A stretch of DNA of 64,000 nucleotides from an uncultured Acidobacteriota bacterium (lineage in GTDB: Bacteria; Acidobacteriota; UBA6911; RPQK01; JAPXNP01), in the NCBI GenBank assembly GCA_963777605.1, contig CAVZRV010000010.1, positions 160,001 to 224,000 of the forward strand, in the 5' to 3' direction. Of the stretch, positions 9,587-19,784 are shown one piece after another. The stretch's first letter is position 1, and each line of letters starts with the position of its first letter. Both the position numbers and the translations under genes were made by a program. The notes under the pieces are model-generated. The model worked only from the letters and a program-made list of their open reading frames with translations. It had not been told where the DNA came from and searched no databases.

Positions 9587-10552
9587 TTGCGGTCCCTGAA
9601 ACTGATTGCCGTGGCCGCCCTGATCCTTGTAGTCAGCACCTGCGCACTGGTCCATGCCCAACCGTCCTTCAAAGTGGACGCCGGCTATGTTCGGGTTCCG
9701 GTAACCGTTCTCGACGAGAACGGCCGTAATGTTCTGGGCCTCCACGCCGAAGACTTTCGCCTTTTTGACGAAGGAAAGGAGATGCCGATCCGCAACTTCG
9801 TTCTCGATCCGGCACCGGTCAATGTGATTTTCCTGCTCGACACGAGCGGAAGTGTCAAGGAGGAACTCAAGCAGATCCGCTACGCGGTTATCCGGTTCGC
9901 TCAGCACTTCGACAAGGACGACAGAATTTCGATTGTCTCGTTCTCTGACCGCATGCGCACCCTCCAGGACTGGACCAACGACGGCGGCGACATCCGAAAG
10001 GCTCTCAAGCACCTCGAGCAGGGATACCGGACAGCACTCTACGATTCCCTGGTTGCGACCGCCAAGGACAAGTTCAAAGGGGTCCAGGGCAAGCGCGTGA
10101 TCCTTCTCCTCACCGACGGTCTCGACAACGAGAGCGATACCAGCTACGACGAGGCAATGAATCGCCTCATCGACCTCGACGTCGTACTTTACATCGTGAG
10201 CCGGACCCGCCTGGTTCAGGCCAAAGTCGAAAAGAGCGAGCGGATCGAGTTCCTGGATCGAGTGCTCAAGAACGTCCTGGACGACGACACCAGTTTCGTT
10301 GACACCTATTTCCGCGAAAAAGAGACCGCCATGAACTACCTGGCGGAAGTCAACGCCGGCCGGGTTTTCTACCCGGTCAAGCTGGAAGAGCTGGGACAGA
10401 CCTACGTTCGGATCGCCCAGGAGCTGAAAAACCAGTACGTGCTCACCTTCCTTCCCGATCCCTCGCCCGAACCCGTTTACCGGACACTCCGGGTCAAGTG
10501 CCTCAAGCCGGTTGGGGAAGTCTTTCACCGAAAGATGTACCGCACCCGCTAG
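9587..10552 (+). CDS. Secreted VWA-domain protein (Acidobacterial type); start uncertain (ORF open from 9422)
   Basis: Signal peptide; VPVTVLD..G..V.GL...DF; MIDAS DTSGS, TALYD and LTDG; EL.NQYVL. Confidence 0.85.
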   Translation: MRSLKLIAVAALILVVSTCALVHAQPSFKVDAGYVRVPVTVLDENGRNVLGLHAEDFRLFDEGKEMPIRNFVLDPAPVNVIFLLDTSGSVKEELKQIRYAVIRFAQHFDKDDRISIVSFSDRMRTLQDWTNDGGDIRKALKHLEQGYRTALYDSLVATAKDKFKGVQGKRVILLLTDGLDNESDTSYDEAMNRLIDLDVVLYIVSRTRLVQAKVEKSERIEFLDRVLKNVLDDDTSFVDTYFREKETAMNYLAEVNAGRVFYPVKLEELGQTYVRIAQELKNQYVLTFLPDPSPEPVYRTLRVKCLKPVGEVFHRKMYRTR

Positions 10553-13022
10553 TAACGGCCGCAGTTTTCCGCACTGCAGCGTTAATTGTAGTGTGGAACG
10601 CAGTAGCCGATTTTCGCGGGCACAACGCGGAGTCCCCCTGGTTGAACGGATCCGACAGGCCATTCTCTTCAATCCCGCCTTCGTCTCCGCAGCCTGTCTG
10701 GCCTGTATTTTGTGGGCCATTTTCCCGGTGGAACTCCCCAGTCCGAGCTTTGATCCAGAACGGCCAGTCGAGGTCGTCGGTCGAATCATTTCCCCGCTCC
10801 GCTATTCCGCAGATCAGATGTCCTTCCGCGTCACCCCGGTCACGGCCGGCCAGGCAGACCACCCGGTCGAAATTTTCGGAGATTTGGACGTCTACATCCG
10901 GTCGTCGCTTCCCAATCCACGTTCGTGGTTTGATCCCCCTTTGCAGTACGGCGACTCCCTGCGAATCCGGACGAACCTCCGGGAACCCGCTCATTACGAC
11001 GTACCCGGAGCCGTGGATGCACGCTGGCTGCGATGGGTAAAAGGGCGTTACTTCTACTTCTCGCTCAAATCACCCCTCCAGGTCGAGAGAACTTCGACCA
11101 ACCCGCCCCTTTCAGCCATCCCGATTCGCCTCCTCTGTCGGTACCTGGATCGATTCCTCGTCGCCTGCGGGAACCTTGAAGCCTTTCCCGCAGGTCTCCT
11201 CCACGCCAGCATCGCGGGAGACAGCCGGGAACTCGCCGACGAAGAATGGGGACTCTTCCAGCGCCTGGGCCTGGTCCACCTGCTGGTCGTTTCCGGATTT
11301 CACGTAGCCCTCCTGGCGCTGGCGGCACGGCAGTCGTTCGGCCGGCTCGGGCAACTTGGATCAGTCCTTCGACTTGGATTGATCTGGGCCTTCGTTGCCG
11401 TCACCGGGGCGGCATCACCCGTGCTGAGGGCGGCATTGACGCTGTCTCTGTTTCTCCTCTCCTCCCAGTTCGCGCTCCGGGCACGTCCCTATAACCTGCT
11501 CGGCGTTGCCGCCCTGGTTCTGTTGGTGGACCAGCCAAGAGCGCTCTATTCCCGCAGCTTCCAGTTCACGTTCGCGGCCGTACTGGCCATTCTCGGCGCA
11601 CGTCCGGCAATCCGGCACCTGCGGTCTGCCTGCCGGGGTGTCGAGGATGTCCACGACAAACGTCTCAGACTGGGAATGCGACCGGGAGACCGGGTTCGTC
11701 GAAAAGTTCGATTCACACTGGAAAGCCGGATCGAATTCCTTCCAGTCCAGGTTCCCCGGGGACTCCTGCGGGTTGGCGGCCGCTCCTTTTCGCACCTCGG
11801 ATCACTCCTGGTCGTCTGTGCGCTGGTTCAGTTGACGCTGCTTCCCCTGATCCTCTTTCACAACAACCAGGTGAGCCTTTCGGCTGTATTGAACAACCTC
11901 GTAATGGTGCCGCTTTTCGGCACGTTCCTGGTGCTGGGGTTCCTCTATCTCGGCCTTTTCTGGACCCCTTTCGGAGCGGTCCTGGCAGCGACGATCAACC
12001 ACCTGGCCGGGCTGCTCAGGGCCGCACTGGAGGCAATGGATTCGATCAACCTGACCGCCTGTGCGCCATCACCTCACCCGCTTGCCGTCATCGGCCTGCT
12101 CGCCCTCAGCGCCGCAATCCCCTGGTTCCGGACCAAGTGGAGACTCACGGCCCTGTGTCTCCCACTGGCTTCCCTTCTTCCTCTTTCCGGTCCCGGCGCA
12201 GACGGGCGTTTTACGGCGACGGTTCTGGACGTCGGGCAGAGTGAGGCAATCCACCTCTCCTACCCGGACGGCACGCAGGGTCTCGTCGACACGGGAGGAT
12301 CAAGCATCCCTTCGGCAAACCGCTTCCTGGCCCGCCAGGTCCTCGCCCGCTACCTCCTCAACAAGGGCGTGAAACGACTTGAGTTTGTGCTCATCACCCA
12401 CCCTGAGTCGGATCACCGCGGGGCCTATCTCGAGCTGCTCCAAATGGTTCCGGTCGAAACTACGATCCACGCCGAGTCCGCACCCCGCTACTCCGACCGC
12501 CTGGTTCGAACCAGTGCGGGAACCACATTCTCAATCGGCGGGATTGAACATCGCATCCTGAATCCACGAGCCCGACCCGCTGGAGGAAAGAGCAACGAGA
12601 ACTCAATCGTCATGGAGATTCACTACCGTAACTTTCGGATGCTCCTCACGGGAGACGCCCCTGCCGCGATCGAACGCCGGTTGCTCGATCATCTCCGCCC
12701 GGTGGACGTTCTCAAGGTAGCTCATCACGGCAGCCGGTCGAGCAGCAGCCCGGTCTTCCTGGAACTCTTGCACCCACGAATCGGACTGATCTCGGCAGGC
12801 CGTCACAACCTGTTCGGCCACCCCAGCCCGAAGGTAGTTCAGCGGCTCGAAACAGTGGGCACGCGGGCATTCTGTACGGCAGACTCCGGTTCATTGCGCG
12901 TTTCTACCGACGGAAAACACTGGGAATTGGCGACTTTCACCTTGAAGCAAGGTTCCTTTCGGACCGTGGACAGCGGCCCCTGCGAGCCGGTGTCTTCCGG
13001 ATCACTCGATCCGCAGGAGTGA
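10512..13022 (+). CDS. comEC: ComEC/Rec2 DNA-uptake competence protein; true start probably downstream of 10512
   Basis: HLLVVSGFH, P..RA, SFQFTF, LDVGQ, THPESDH, NENS, LTGD, KVAHHGS and GHP (competence plus metallo-beta-lactamase domains). Confidence 0.93.
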   Translation: MGKSFTERCTAPASNGRSFPHCSVNCSVERSSRFSRAQRGVPLVERIRQAILFNPAFVSAACLACILWAIFPVELPSPSFDPERPVEVVGRIISPLRYSADQMSFRVTPVTAGQADHPVEIFGDLDVYIRSSLPNPRSWFDPPLQYGDSLRIRTNLREPAHYDVPGAVDARWLRWVKGRYFYFSLKSPLQVERTSTNPPLSAIPIRLLCRYLDRFLVACGNLEAFPAGLLHASIAGDSRELADEEWGLFQRLGLVHLLVVSGFHVALLALAARQSFGRLGQLGSVLRLGLIWAFVAVTGAASPVLRAALTLSLFLLSSQFALRARPYNLLGVAALVLLVDQPRALYSRSFQFTFAAVLAILGARPAIRHLRSACRGVEDVHDKRLRLGMRPGDRVRRKVRFTLESRIEFLPVQVPRGLLRVGGRSFSHLGSLLVVCALVQLTLLPLILFHNNQVSLSAVLNNLVMVPLFGTFLVLGFLYLGLFWTPFGAVLAATINHLAGLLRAALEAMDSINLTACAPSPHPLAVIGLLALSAAIPWFRTKWRLTALCLPLASLLPLSGPGADGRFTATVLDVGQSEAIHLSYPDGTQGLVDTGGSSIPSANRFLARQVLARYLLNKGVKRLEFVLITHPESDHRGAYLELLQMVPVETTIHAESAPRYSDRLVRTSAGTTFSIGGIEHRILNPRARPAGGKSNENSIVMEIHYRNFRMLLTGDAPAAIERRLLDHLRPVDVLKVAHHGSRSSSSPVFLELLHPRIGLISAGRHNLFGHPSPKVVQRLETVGTRAFCTADSGSLRVSTDGKHWELATFTLKQGSFRTVDSGPCEPVSSGSLDPQE

Positions 13023-13682
13023 GAACTCGGGCAGGCCGAAGTCGGCGCTGACTTTGTTTTCGAAGTACTTCGTCTTCAACTGCTCGTACATGTCCCGGGA
13101 CAACCGTTTTCGGTAGCGCTTGACCTCTTCCTCTGCTTCGCCGCGAAGCTCGGCCAGGGTCCCAGGGTCCATCTCCGCACTGAGGGACTCGATCAGAGAA
13201 CTCGCGACCCGACCCAGTTCCTGGTCGAGATGAGCGGGATCCAACCCGGCCGCACCGACAGTCTCGTCGTGGATGGACCGGATGCGATCGGCGGTCCGGC
13301 CGCACTCAGGCTCGGGTCGCGCCCGAAGCGTCCCTTCGAGTTCCTCGAGGAAGGAGAGTACCCGTTCTCGGGTTACCGATCCCTCCGTCTCCCCTTCCAC
13401 CTCGTCGTCGTGTGACCCGATCGTCGCCTCCTGGTACTCCTCGAATGCCTCCATGACAGCCGGATGGCAGTAATGCAGCGTCGTCGGGGAACGCTTGTTC
13501 CGCGAATGGGCCTTCTCAAAGCTCCGGTCGATTCCCCGAAGGACGACGTGCTGAGGAATTCCGTTTTCTTTCCAGAGTTCCACCAGGCACCAGTCCAGGG
13601 GCGAAATGAGTATGTTCTTGCCCCGCTTGAGAACGAAGTACTCCTCGATCTCGGTAAAATAGTTGAAGTAGTTATCGTTCAT
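13002..13682 (-). CDS. Conserved hypothetical protein with possible DnaD/DnaB_2-like N-terminal domain
   Basis: 226-aa ORF with normal composition; N-terminus NYFNYFTEIEEYF...SPLDW.L...W...GIP..VV.RGI. Confidence 0.75.
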   Translation of the reverse strand: MNDNYFNYFTEIEEYFVLKRGKNILISPLDWCLVELWKENGIPQHVVLRGIDRSFEKAHSRNKRSPTTLHYCHPAVMEAFEEYQEATIGSHDDEVEGETEGSVTRERVLSFLEELEGTLRARPEPECGRTADRIRSIHDETVGAAGLDPAHLDQELGRVASSLIESLSAEMDPGTLAELRGEAEEEVKRYRKRLSRDMYEQLKTKYFENKVSADFGLPEFSLLRIE

Positions 13683-13885
13683 CCAATGTATCCAATTTAT
13701 TCCCTTTTACTTACAACAAGTTGATCCTCGCCGCGCACCTTGTGAAGTTCCCTGCTAACGACCCTTTTCTCTCCAGCGTCACCCCGGAGACGATGACCGA
13801 CTTTCATGTTTTAAGGATACCGGTCCTGCAACGCATCCCTCAAAAAGGGTTAAAAAAGGGAGGATTCAATTAGCAACTGGTAAGA

Positions 13886-14677
13886 CTATCCAGCTGATTC
13901 CAGGTTGGTTACCTGAGGAAGGCCGTCAAAGAAGAGCCGCAGGCCGTGCAGCGTGAGATCGGGTTCGATCCGGTCGAAGCCGCTGAAGCCCCTGGCGATC
14001 ATGGGTGCGAAACCCCCGGTTGCGATGACGACCGGCTCTCCACCCAACTCCGCCCGGAACCGCTTGAGGATTCCTTCGACGAGCCCGACGTATCCGAAAA
14101 AGACTCCCGCCTGCATGCTCTCGACTGTCGTTCGGCCGATACATCGTGGCGTTTCCTTGATCTCAATCCGAGGCAGCTTGGCGGCACGCTGTACAAGGGC
14201 TTCGGTGGATGTGCCGATTCCGGGTGCAATCGTTCCTCCCAGGTACTCTCCGGCGGGGGAGACAGCGTCGAACGTCGTGGCCGTTCCGAAATCCACCACG
14301 ATCGCCGGAGTGCCGAACATCTCCCGGGCGGCGATCGCGTTGACGATTCGGTCCGCCCCCACGTCTGACGGATGCTCGTAAAGAATGGGGATCTGGTCTT
14401 GCTGGGCCGGCTCCACGAAGGTCGCGGCGACGTCGAAGAACTCCGCGCAGAGCGTCGAGAAAGCCTCATTCAGCGGGGGAACGACCGAACTGATGATTGC
14501 CCCCCGGATGGCATCCGCCGGGAGCTCGGACAGCGAAAACAGATTCCGGCAAAGGACCGCATACTCGTGGCTGGTTTGGTCGCGGCGCGTCGAAACCCGC
14601 CACGACCGGACCAGCTTCTCCCCCTGGAAAAGACCCAGAACGATGTTGGTGTTGCCGATGTCAAAGACTAACAGCAT
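13886..14677 (-). CDS. coaX: Type III pantothenate kinase
   Basis: [31 protein letters not shown] and ATGG motifs. Confidence 0.96.
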   Translation of the reverse strand: MLLVFDIGNTNIVLGLFQGEKLVRSWRVSTRRDQTSHEYAVLCRNLFSLSELPADAIRGAIISSVVPPLNEAFSTLCAEFFDVAATFVEPAQQDQIPILYEHPSDVGADRIVNAIAAREMFGTPAIVVDFGTATTFDAVSPAGEYLGGTIAPGIGTSTEALVQRAAKLPRIEIKETPRCIGRTTVESMQAGVFFGYVGLVEGILKRFRAELGGEPVVIATGGFAPMIARGFSGFDRIEPDLTLHGLRLFFDGLPQVTNLESAG

Positions 14678-14713
14678 GCAAGTCCCCTGCCCCGATCAAG
14701 ATCTCAGCCCTCT

Positions 14714-16270
14714 TCAGTGTTTGAAATGCCGGATCCCCGTGAAAACCATCGCCATGTCGTGTTCGTCCGCCGCATCGATCACTTCCTGGTCGCGCACCGA
14801 TCCACCGGGCTGGATCACCGCCCGAATCCCCCGCTCGGCCGCCGCGTCGAGACCATCGCGGAAGGGGAAGAATGCGTCGCTGGCCATCACCGCGCCTTCC
14901 AGCGGCGACTGCGCCTTCTCGGCCGCGATGCGCGCCGAGTCCACTCGGCTCATCTGGCCGGCACCAACGCCCAGAGTCGTGCGATTCTTGGTGTAAACGA
15001 TGGCATTCGATTTCACGTGCTTGCAGACCACCCAGGCGAAGAGAAGTTCGTCCAGTTCATCATCGGACGGCTGTCTCCGAGTGACGACTTTCAGATCTGA
15101 CCGATCCAGGTAGTACTGGTCCTTGTCCTGGACCAGAATTCCTCCAGCGATCCGTTTCAGATCAAAGGGACCGACAGCATCGGTTGCCGCCAACTCCTCC
15201 GGCATGATCATGATTCGAATGTTCTTCTTCCGTCCAAGGATCTCCTTCGCGTCCTCGGTGTATTTCGGAGCGATGACCGCTTCGACGAAGAGCTTGCTGA
15301 TTTCTTCCGCTGTCTCACTGTCGACTTCCCGGTTGAACGCGACGATCGACCCGAATGCCGAAACCGGGTCACAGGAGAGGGCCTTCAGGTAGGCGTCCTT
15401 GGGAGACGATCCCAGAGCCGCGCCGCAAGGATTGGTGTGCTTGATGACGGCACAGGCCGTCTCCGAGAAATCGCTGATCAGGCCCCAGGCACCCTGCAGG
15501 TCGATGTAGTTGTTGAACGACAGCTGCTTGCCATGGATCTGCTCGCTGGCCACCAGACCAGTCGGAGGCTGAAACTGGGGGCGATAGAGTCCGGCCCGCT
15601 GGTGGGGGTTCTCACCATAACGGAGAGTAGCCACCCGGCTAAGGCTCAGGTTGAGAACCGGCGGCATCTGCCCCTCGCCCTCGGCCAGCTTTTCAAAGTA
15701 GCCGGAGATCGCGGCATCGTATGCGGCCGTGTGATGGAACGCCTTACTGGCCAGTTCGCGACGCTTCCCGGCGCTGAATTCCATCGCGTTGGCTTTCAGG
15801 TCGGCGAGAACCGTGGGGTAGTCGGAGGGATCCACTACGACGGCAACGTGCGCGAAGTTCTTGGCGGCTGCGCGCACCATCGTGGGACCCCCGATATCGA
15901 TCTTCTCGATCGCCTCGTCAACCGATACTCCTTCCCGGGCGATCGTCTGGCTGAATGGGTAGAGGTTGACCACAACCAGTCCGATCGGGGGAATTTCGTG
16001 TTCTTTGAGCGTCGCCTGGTGTTCGGCGTCGTCATGACGGGCGAGGATTCCCCCGTGCACCTTCGGGTGCAGCGTCTTGACACGGCCGCCAAGGATTTCC
16101 GGAAACCCGGTGTGATCGGAGACCTTGGTGTACGGGATCCCGGCCTCGGCCAGCGCACGCCCCGTTCCTCCGGTTGACAGCAACCGGATCCCCAGCGCAT
16201 CCAGTTCCCGGGCAAAATCAACCAACCCCTCTTTATCCGAGACACTCAGTAATGCGACCTCAACCTTCAT
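14714..16270 (-). CDS. purH: Bifunctional AICAR transformylase/IMP cyclohydrolase
   Basis: [45 protein letters not shown]; ends RHFKH. Confidence 0.98.
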   Translation of the reverse strand: MKVEVALLSVSDKEGLVDFARELDALGIRLLSTGGTGRALAEAGIPYTKVSDHTGFPEILGGRVKTLHPKVHGGILARHDDAEHQATLKEHEIPPIGLVVVNLYPFSQTIAREGVSVDEAIEKIDIGGPTMVRAAAKNFAHVAVVVDPSDYPTVLADLKANAMEFSAGKRRELASKAFHHTAAYDAAISGYFEKLAEGEGQMPPVLNLSLSRVATLRYGENPHQRAGLYRPQFQPPTGLVASEQIHGKQLSFNNYIDLQGAWGLISDFSETACAVIKHTNPCGAALGSSPKDAYLKALSCDPVSAFGSIVAFNREVDSETAEEISKLFVEAVIAPKYTEDAKEILGRKKNIRIMIMPEELAATDAVGPFDLKRIAGGILVQDKDQYYLDRSDLKVVTRRQPSDDELDELLFAWVVCKHVKSNAIVYTKNRTTLGVGAGQMSRVDSARIAAEKAQSPLEGAVMASDAFFPFRDGLDAAAERGIRAVIQPGGSVRDQEVIDAADEHDMAMVFTGIRHFKH

Positions 16271-16370
16271 CAACTCACCCTTTCGCTGATCTTGCCTTCA
16301 AGGCGCCCCCAAAGGCGCAGAATAACTCCAGTTAATTCGTCATGACACCAAGGTAGTTTATGATAAATGG

Positions 16371-17789
16371 GTGTCAGGTGAGACGACCAATAGCCTCTTT
16401 CGACGCCTTCCGTCAATCGGCAAGCTAATCAACCAGGACGAATTTCGCGTTCTGGCGGAGGATTACTCGCGGGAACTCGTGATCCAGGCGACCACTGCCC
16501 TGCTCGACGAACTTCGCAGCCGGCTCTCCAGCGGCCAGTTGACGGCAACCGAGCTCGATCGGCGCCTTGGGGACCTTTGTGACCGGGTCCGGAGGAAACT
16601 CGAGTCCTCCCTTTCGCCATCGCTGCGACCGGTGGTCAACGCAACCGGGGTCGTTGTCTTTACCAATGCCGGGCGGGCACCGATTGCCGAGCAGGCCCTC
16701 AAGGATCTCGTCCTGACAGCGGGACGCTATTCGAACCTCGAGTACGACCTCGCCAACGGGACGCGTGGCCACCGGGACATTCACTTCGAATCCCGGGTGG
16801 TGCGCCTGCTCGGGTGCGAAGCGGCAACGGTCTGCAACAACGCTGCGGCAGCGCTCCTCCTCATCCTCAATGCTCTGGCGACGGGCAAGAAGGTCCTCGT
16901 TTCGAGGGGAGAGTTGATCGAGATCGGCGGGTCATTCCGGCTGCCGGCAATCATGGAGAAGAGCGGGGCCATCCTGAAGGAGGTCGGAACCACCAACAAG
17001 ACCAAGGCGCGGGATTACGCCGATGCGATCGACGACGACACCGCATTGATTCTCCGGGTGCACCCGTCCAACTATCAAATCGTCGGGTTCACGGTCCGCC
17101 CCCGGCTCGACGAACTAGTCGAAGTAGCGCGCTCCCGCGGCATCCCGCTCGTGCACGATGCCGGAAGCGGGTACCTGTTTCGGACCGGCCTTCCCGCACT
17201 TGAGCAGGAGCCGGTCATTTCGGAATCGCTGGCAGCCGGCTCGGACCTCATCTGCTTCAGCGGTGACAAGCTGCTGGGCGGTCCCCAGGCCGGGCTCATC
17301 CTGGGACGAAAATCCCTCGTCGGCCAGATCCGAAAGAACCCCCTGATGCGGGCGATGCGGGTGGACAAACTGATTTACTCCGCCCTCGAACTGACGCTCA
17401 AGGAATACGAACTCGGCCGTTTTCAGGACACGCTCCCGGTGTGGCGGTTTCTTTCACTTCCGGTCGAAGTCATTCGAAGACGAGCCGAAGCACTCGTCGA
17501 AGGAATCTCCTCCCGACACTTGGCGGCGGAACTCTGCGAGGGGTTCTCCCTGACCGGTGGAGGATCGGCTCCCGAAGAGCGGATCCCCACCTGCCTGATC
17601 GCCCTCCGTTCCTCAGCTTTCAGTGCCAACGAACTGGAGCTTCACCTGCGCCGGTTCCGGACTCCGATCCTGGCCCGAATCGAAGACGACCGGGTCCTGA
17701 TCGATCTCCGAACCGTCTTTCCCGAGCAGGAGGAACTCATCGTCGAGGCCCTTCTCGAAATCGGCTCGGGCCCGGGGAATTCAGCTTGA
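16371..17789 (+). CDS. selA: L-seryl-tRNA(Sec) selenium transferase
   Basis: VVNATGV, YSNLEYDL..G.RG.R, SRGELIEIGGSFR, EVGTTN, HPSNY and PLP lysine motif FSGDKLLGGPQAG. Confidence 0.96.
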   Translation: MSGETTNSLFRRLPSIGKLINQDEFRVLAEDYSRELVIQATTALLDELRSRLSSGQLTATELDRRLGDLCDRVRRKLESSLSPSLRPVVNATGVVVFTNAGRAPIAEQALKDLVLTAGRYSNLEYDLANGTRGHRDIHFESRVVRLLGCEAATVCNNAAAALLLILNALATGKKVLVSRGELIEIGGSFRLPAIMEKSGAILKEVGTTNKTKARDYADAIDDDTALILRVHPSNYQIVGFTVRPRLDELVEVARSRGIPLVHDAGSGYLFRTGLPALEQEPVISESLAAGSDLICFSGDKLLGGPQAGLILGRKSLVGQIRKNPLMRAMRVDKLIYSALELTLKEYELGRFQDTLPVWRFLSLPVEVIRRRAEALVEGISSRHLAAELCEGFSLTGGGSAPEERIPTCLIALRSSAFSANELELHLRRFRTPILARIEDDRVLIDLRTVFPEQEELIVEALLEIGSGPGNSA

Positions 17790-17796
17790 CCTGAAA

Positions 17797-17900
17797 CTTC
17801 AATTTGGATGAGTTCGAATTGAAGCGCCAGGTCACGAAGGTCACCAAGGTTCTATTTCTTTGAAAAAAGAAAATGTTTGGGTTCTTGGCGGCTTGGCGCT
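17797..17900. repeat. Two adjacent inverted-repeat structures downstream of selA
   Basis: CTTCAATTTGGA-TGAG-TTCGAATTGAAG (17797-17824); AGCGCCAGG..TCACCAAG / CTTGGCGG-CTTGGCGCT arms enclosing TTTCTTT-GAAA-AAAGAAA. Confidence 0.6.
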
Positions 17901-18120
17901 GTGCTGAACCTGGAGCCTTGAACTTTGGCCCGGGGATCCGGAAGGGCGAAACCGGGCTCCGACCGACCCCGCGACGGGTCCGAGGGTAAGATCGCTCCGG
18001 TGGTTTTCATTTGCTCGTTTTTTTTCGTGTATACTGTCGCTCGTTCTTCAGGGCGACGATCGCTGTGCCGAGTTCAATCAGAACCGGTCATCGGGCGCTC
18101 CTGAGCGAACGTGATCGCGT

Positions 18121-18208
18121 GCCGGAGTGGCGGAATTGGCAGACGCGCTGCGTTCAGGGCGCAGTGGGGCATAGCCCCGTGGGGGTTCGAGTCCCCCCTC
18201 CGGCACCA
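18121..18208 (+). tRNA. tRNA-Leu (anticodon CAG)
   Basis: GCCGGAG/CTCCGGC acceptor stem plus ACCA; D-loop GGAATTGGCAGAC; anticodon arm CTGCG-TTCAGGG-CGCAG; long variable arm; T-loop GTTCGAGT. Confidence 0.97.
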
Positions 18209-18222
18209 ACCGGACGAAACTT

Positions 18223-18252
18223 CGAAGTTCGGATTTCGAAATCCGAACTTCG
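18223..18252. repeat. Perfect 30-bp palindrome made of heptamer-like units; possible bidirectional terminator
   Basis: CGAAGTTCGGATTTCGAAATCCGAACTTCG equals its own reverse complement; lies between the tRNA and the convergent ThuA gene. Confidence 0.7.
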
Positions 18253-18302
18253 CTCCCCCACGGATGGTACTTCGGTTCAGACGTTCGCTTTGCGCGGCTT
18301 GC

Positions 18303-19784
18303 TTATCGGCCACCCGTCCAGAGCAGGGCGCGGTGGATCAGGTCCCGGAAGCCCGGATATAGGAAGACCTGGCGGTCGTGTCCCAGCTGGATCGCGACGA
18401 CGCGTGACGGCTTATAGGGGCTGACCCAGGCGACCGGCCCGTCGCTCTCGGGTACGTCGGCACGGAGAAGGACCTCGATATCCGGTGAGTACCACATCTG
18501 CTTGTAGGCTTCGTCGATGTGATGCAGCGGGCTCAGGCCGGCTACTACCGGGTGTTTGGCCACCGGCCGGACAAACATCTCAACTCCCTGCTGGAAAGTG
18601 GACCCCCGGCTGTCACTGTTGTCGAGGATGTAGCGTCCGCCGACGACATCCTGCCACCACCACGGCCAGTCGTTGTAGTCAGCGAGCGCATGGTGCAGAA
18701 CAACCAGGCCCCGGTTGTTCTCCAGGAACCGGGTCAGATTGCCGCGCCCCTTATCACTCAGGCTCGGCGAGAGGTCGTAGAGGAGGACGACATCGAACCG
18801 GTCCCGCAGGTCTTCCGCGAAAGCCGCCTCGTTGGAGGTGGCATGGCTCCAGATCAGGTCGCGACTCTCGAACAGGGTGTAAAACTCGGTTTGAAATTCG
18901 TGACCACCGGTGACAACCAGGACTCGCAGTGCCTTCGGATCGCGGGCATTCAGATTGAGCCGTGGCGGCAGGGTGACGGTTCCGGTCGCGGCCCATTCAC
19001 AGCCCCGGGCAAAGGTCGCCTCGAATCCGGGTTCGGCCATGGCGACGAGGTCGTGTCCCAGCACGGTCTGAAAAACCCTTCCCTTCCCGTAATCGACCGT
19101 CCAGAGAATCGGCTCGTCTTCCCCCGTTCCCCGGGTTTCCGGCCGACTGAAGGCGGTGGCCAGAACATGGACCGATTCGGTCATTTTCAGGTTGTGATAG
19201 AGCTCGTCGGTCGCCCAGAAGAAGTCTCCGAGATCCCGCGTGATCGGGTGGGCAGTGTCCCGAAACTCGACCTTGAAGGTGTGCCGGTCCCCGTGGGAGG
19301 TCTCGGGATTCGCCTTCGACCAGATTCCGCCGACCAGGTTGATGAACTCGGGCCATGGCTTCTCCACCAACCCGGTGGGGACGTGCCCGTCGCCGAGAAC
19401 ATCGAGTCCGCTGAATCCATAGCTGGCCCCGTGGACGACGACCATCCCCTTCCCCGACGCCACGAACTCCCGGATCGCTTCCTCGGCTGCCTCACCCAGG
19501 CGGGGCCCCTGGTAGTCGAGTATCAGGACGTCGTAAGGAGCGAGCGTGCCAGCGGTCATTCCTCTCGGGTCTTCATTGACCCGAACGTCAAAGCGGCCCG
19601 AACCGACCAGGATCTCCCGCAGCCGGGGAGTCGTCGATCGCCAGTCGTGATTGTTGAAACCGGAGAGAATCAGGGCACGGGCTTTTCCCGGCTGGAAGAA
19701 AGGATCAAGTCTTTGTCCCATCATGCGAGAACTGAGTAACAATGTCGCAATTCCCGCCCAAATAAGATATTTATGGATCTTCAT
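18303..19784 (-). CDS. Exported protein with two tandem ThuA-like domains
   Basis: Signal peptide after GGAGG; repeats L.LSG.N.HDW...DELY...YGKGRVF..LGHD and LVVTGGH...DEAY...LGHD. Confidence 0.85.
   Translation of the reverse strand: MKIHKYLIWAGIATLLLSSRMMGQRLDPFFQPGKARALILSGFNNHDWRSTTPRLREILVGSGRFDVRVNEDPRGMTAGTLAPYDVLILDYQGPRLGEAAEEAIREFVASGKGMVVVHGASYGFSGLDVLGDGHVPTGLVEKPWPEFINLVGGIWSKANPETSHGDRHTFKVEFRDTAHPITRDLGDFFWATDELYHNLKMTESVHVLATAFSRPETRGTGEDEPILWTVDYGKGRVFQTVLGHDLVAMAEPGFEATFARGCEWAATGTVTLPPRLNLNARDPKALRVLVVTGGHEFQTEFYTLFESRDLIWSHATSNEAAFAEDLRDRFDVVLLYDLSPSLSDKGRGNLTRFLENNRGLVVLHHALADYNDWPWWWQDVVGGRYILDNSDSRGSTFQQGVEMFVRPVAKHPVVAGLSPLHHIDEAYKQMWYSPDIEVLLRADVPESDGPVAWVSPYKPSRVVAIQLGHDRQVFLYPGFRDLIHRALLWTGGR

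Noticed and set aside
9407-10789. Long antisense ORFs here and at 1035-2063, 18519-19739, 25656-26747, 33459-34541, 40606-41766, 48148-49152 and others
   Set aside because: Shadow frames of well-supported genes, as expected from GC-rich codon bias; no motifs of their own
13697-13807. 36-codon minus-strand ORF (MKVGHRLRGDAG...) between coaX and the hypothetical gene
   Set aside because: No RBS and no recognisable motif; more likely promoter or UTR sequence
18121-18208. tRNA next to selA as tRNA-Sec (selC)
   Set aside because: Anticodon is CAG, not TCA, and the acceptor stem is a normal 7 bp; it is tRNA-Leu
17797-18256. CRISPR array
   Set aside because: Repeat units are 7-9 nt without unique spacers, and no cas genes are present
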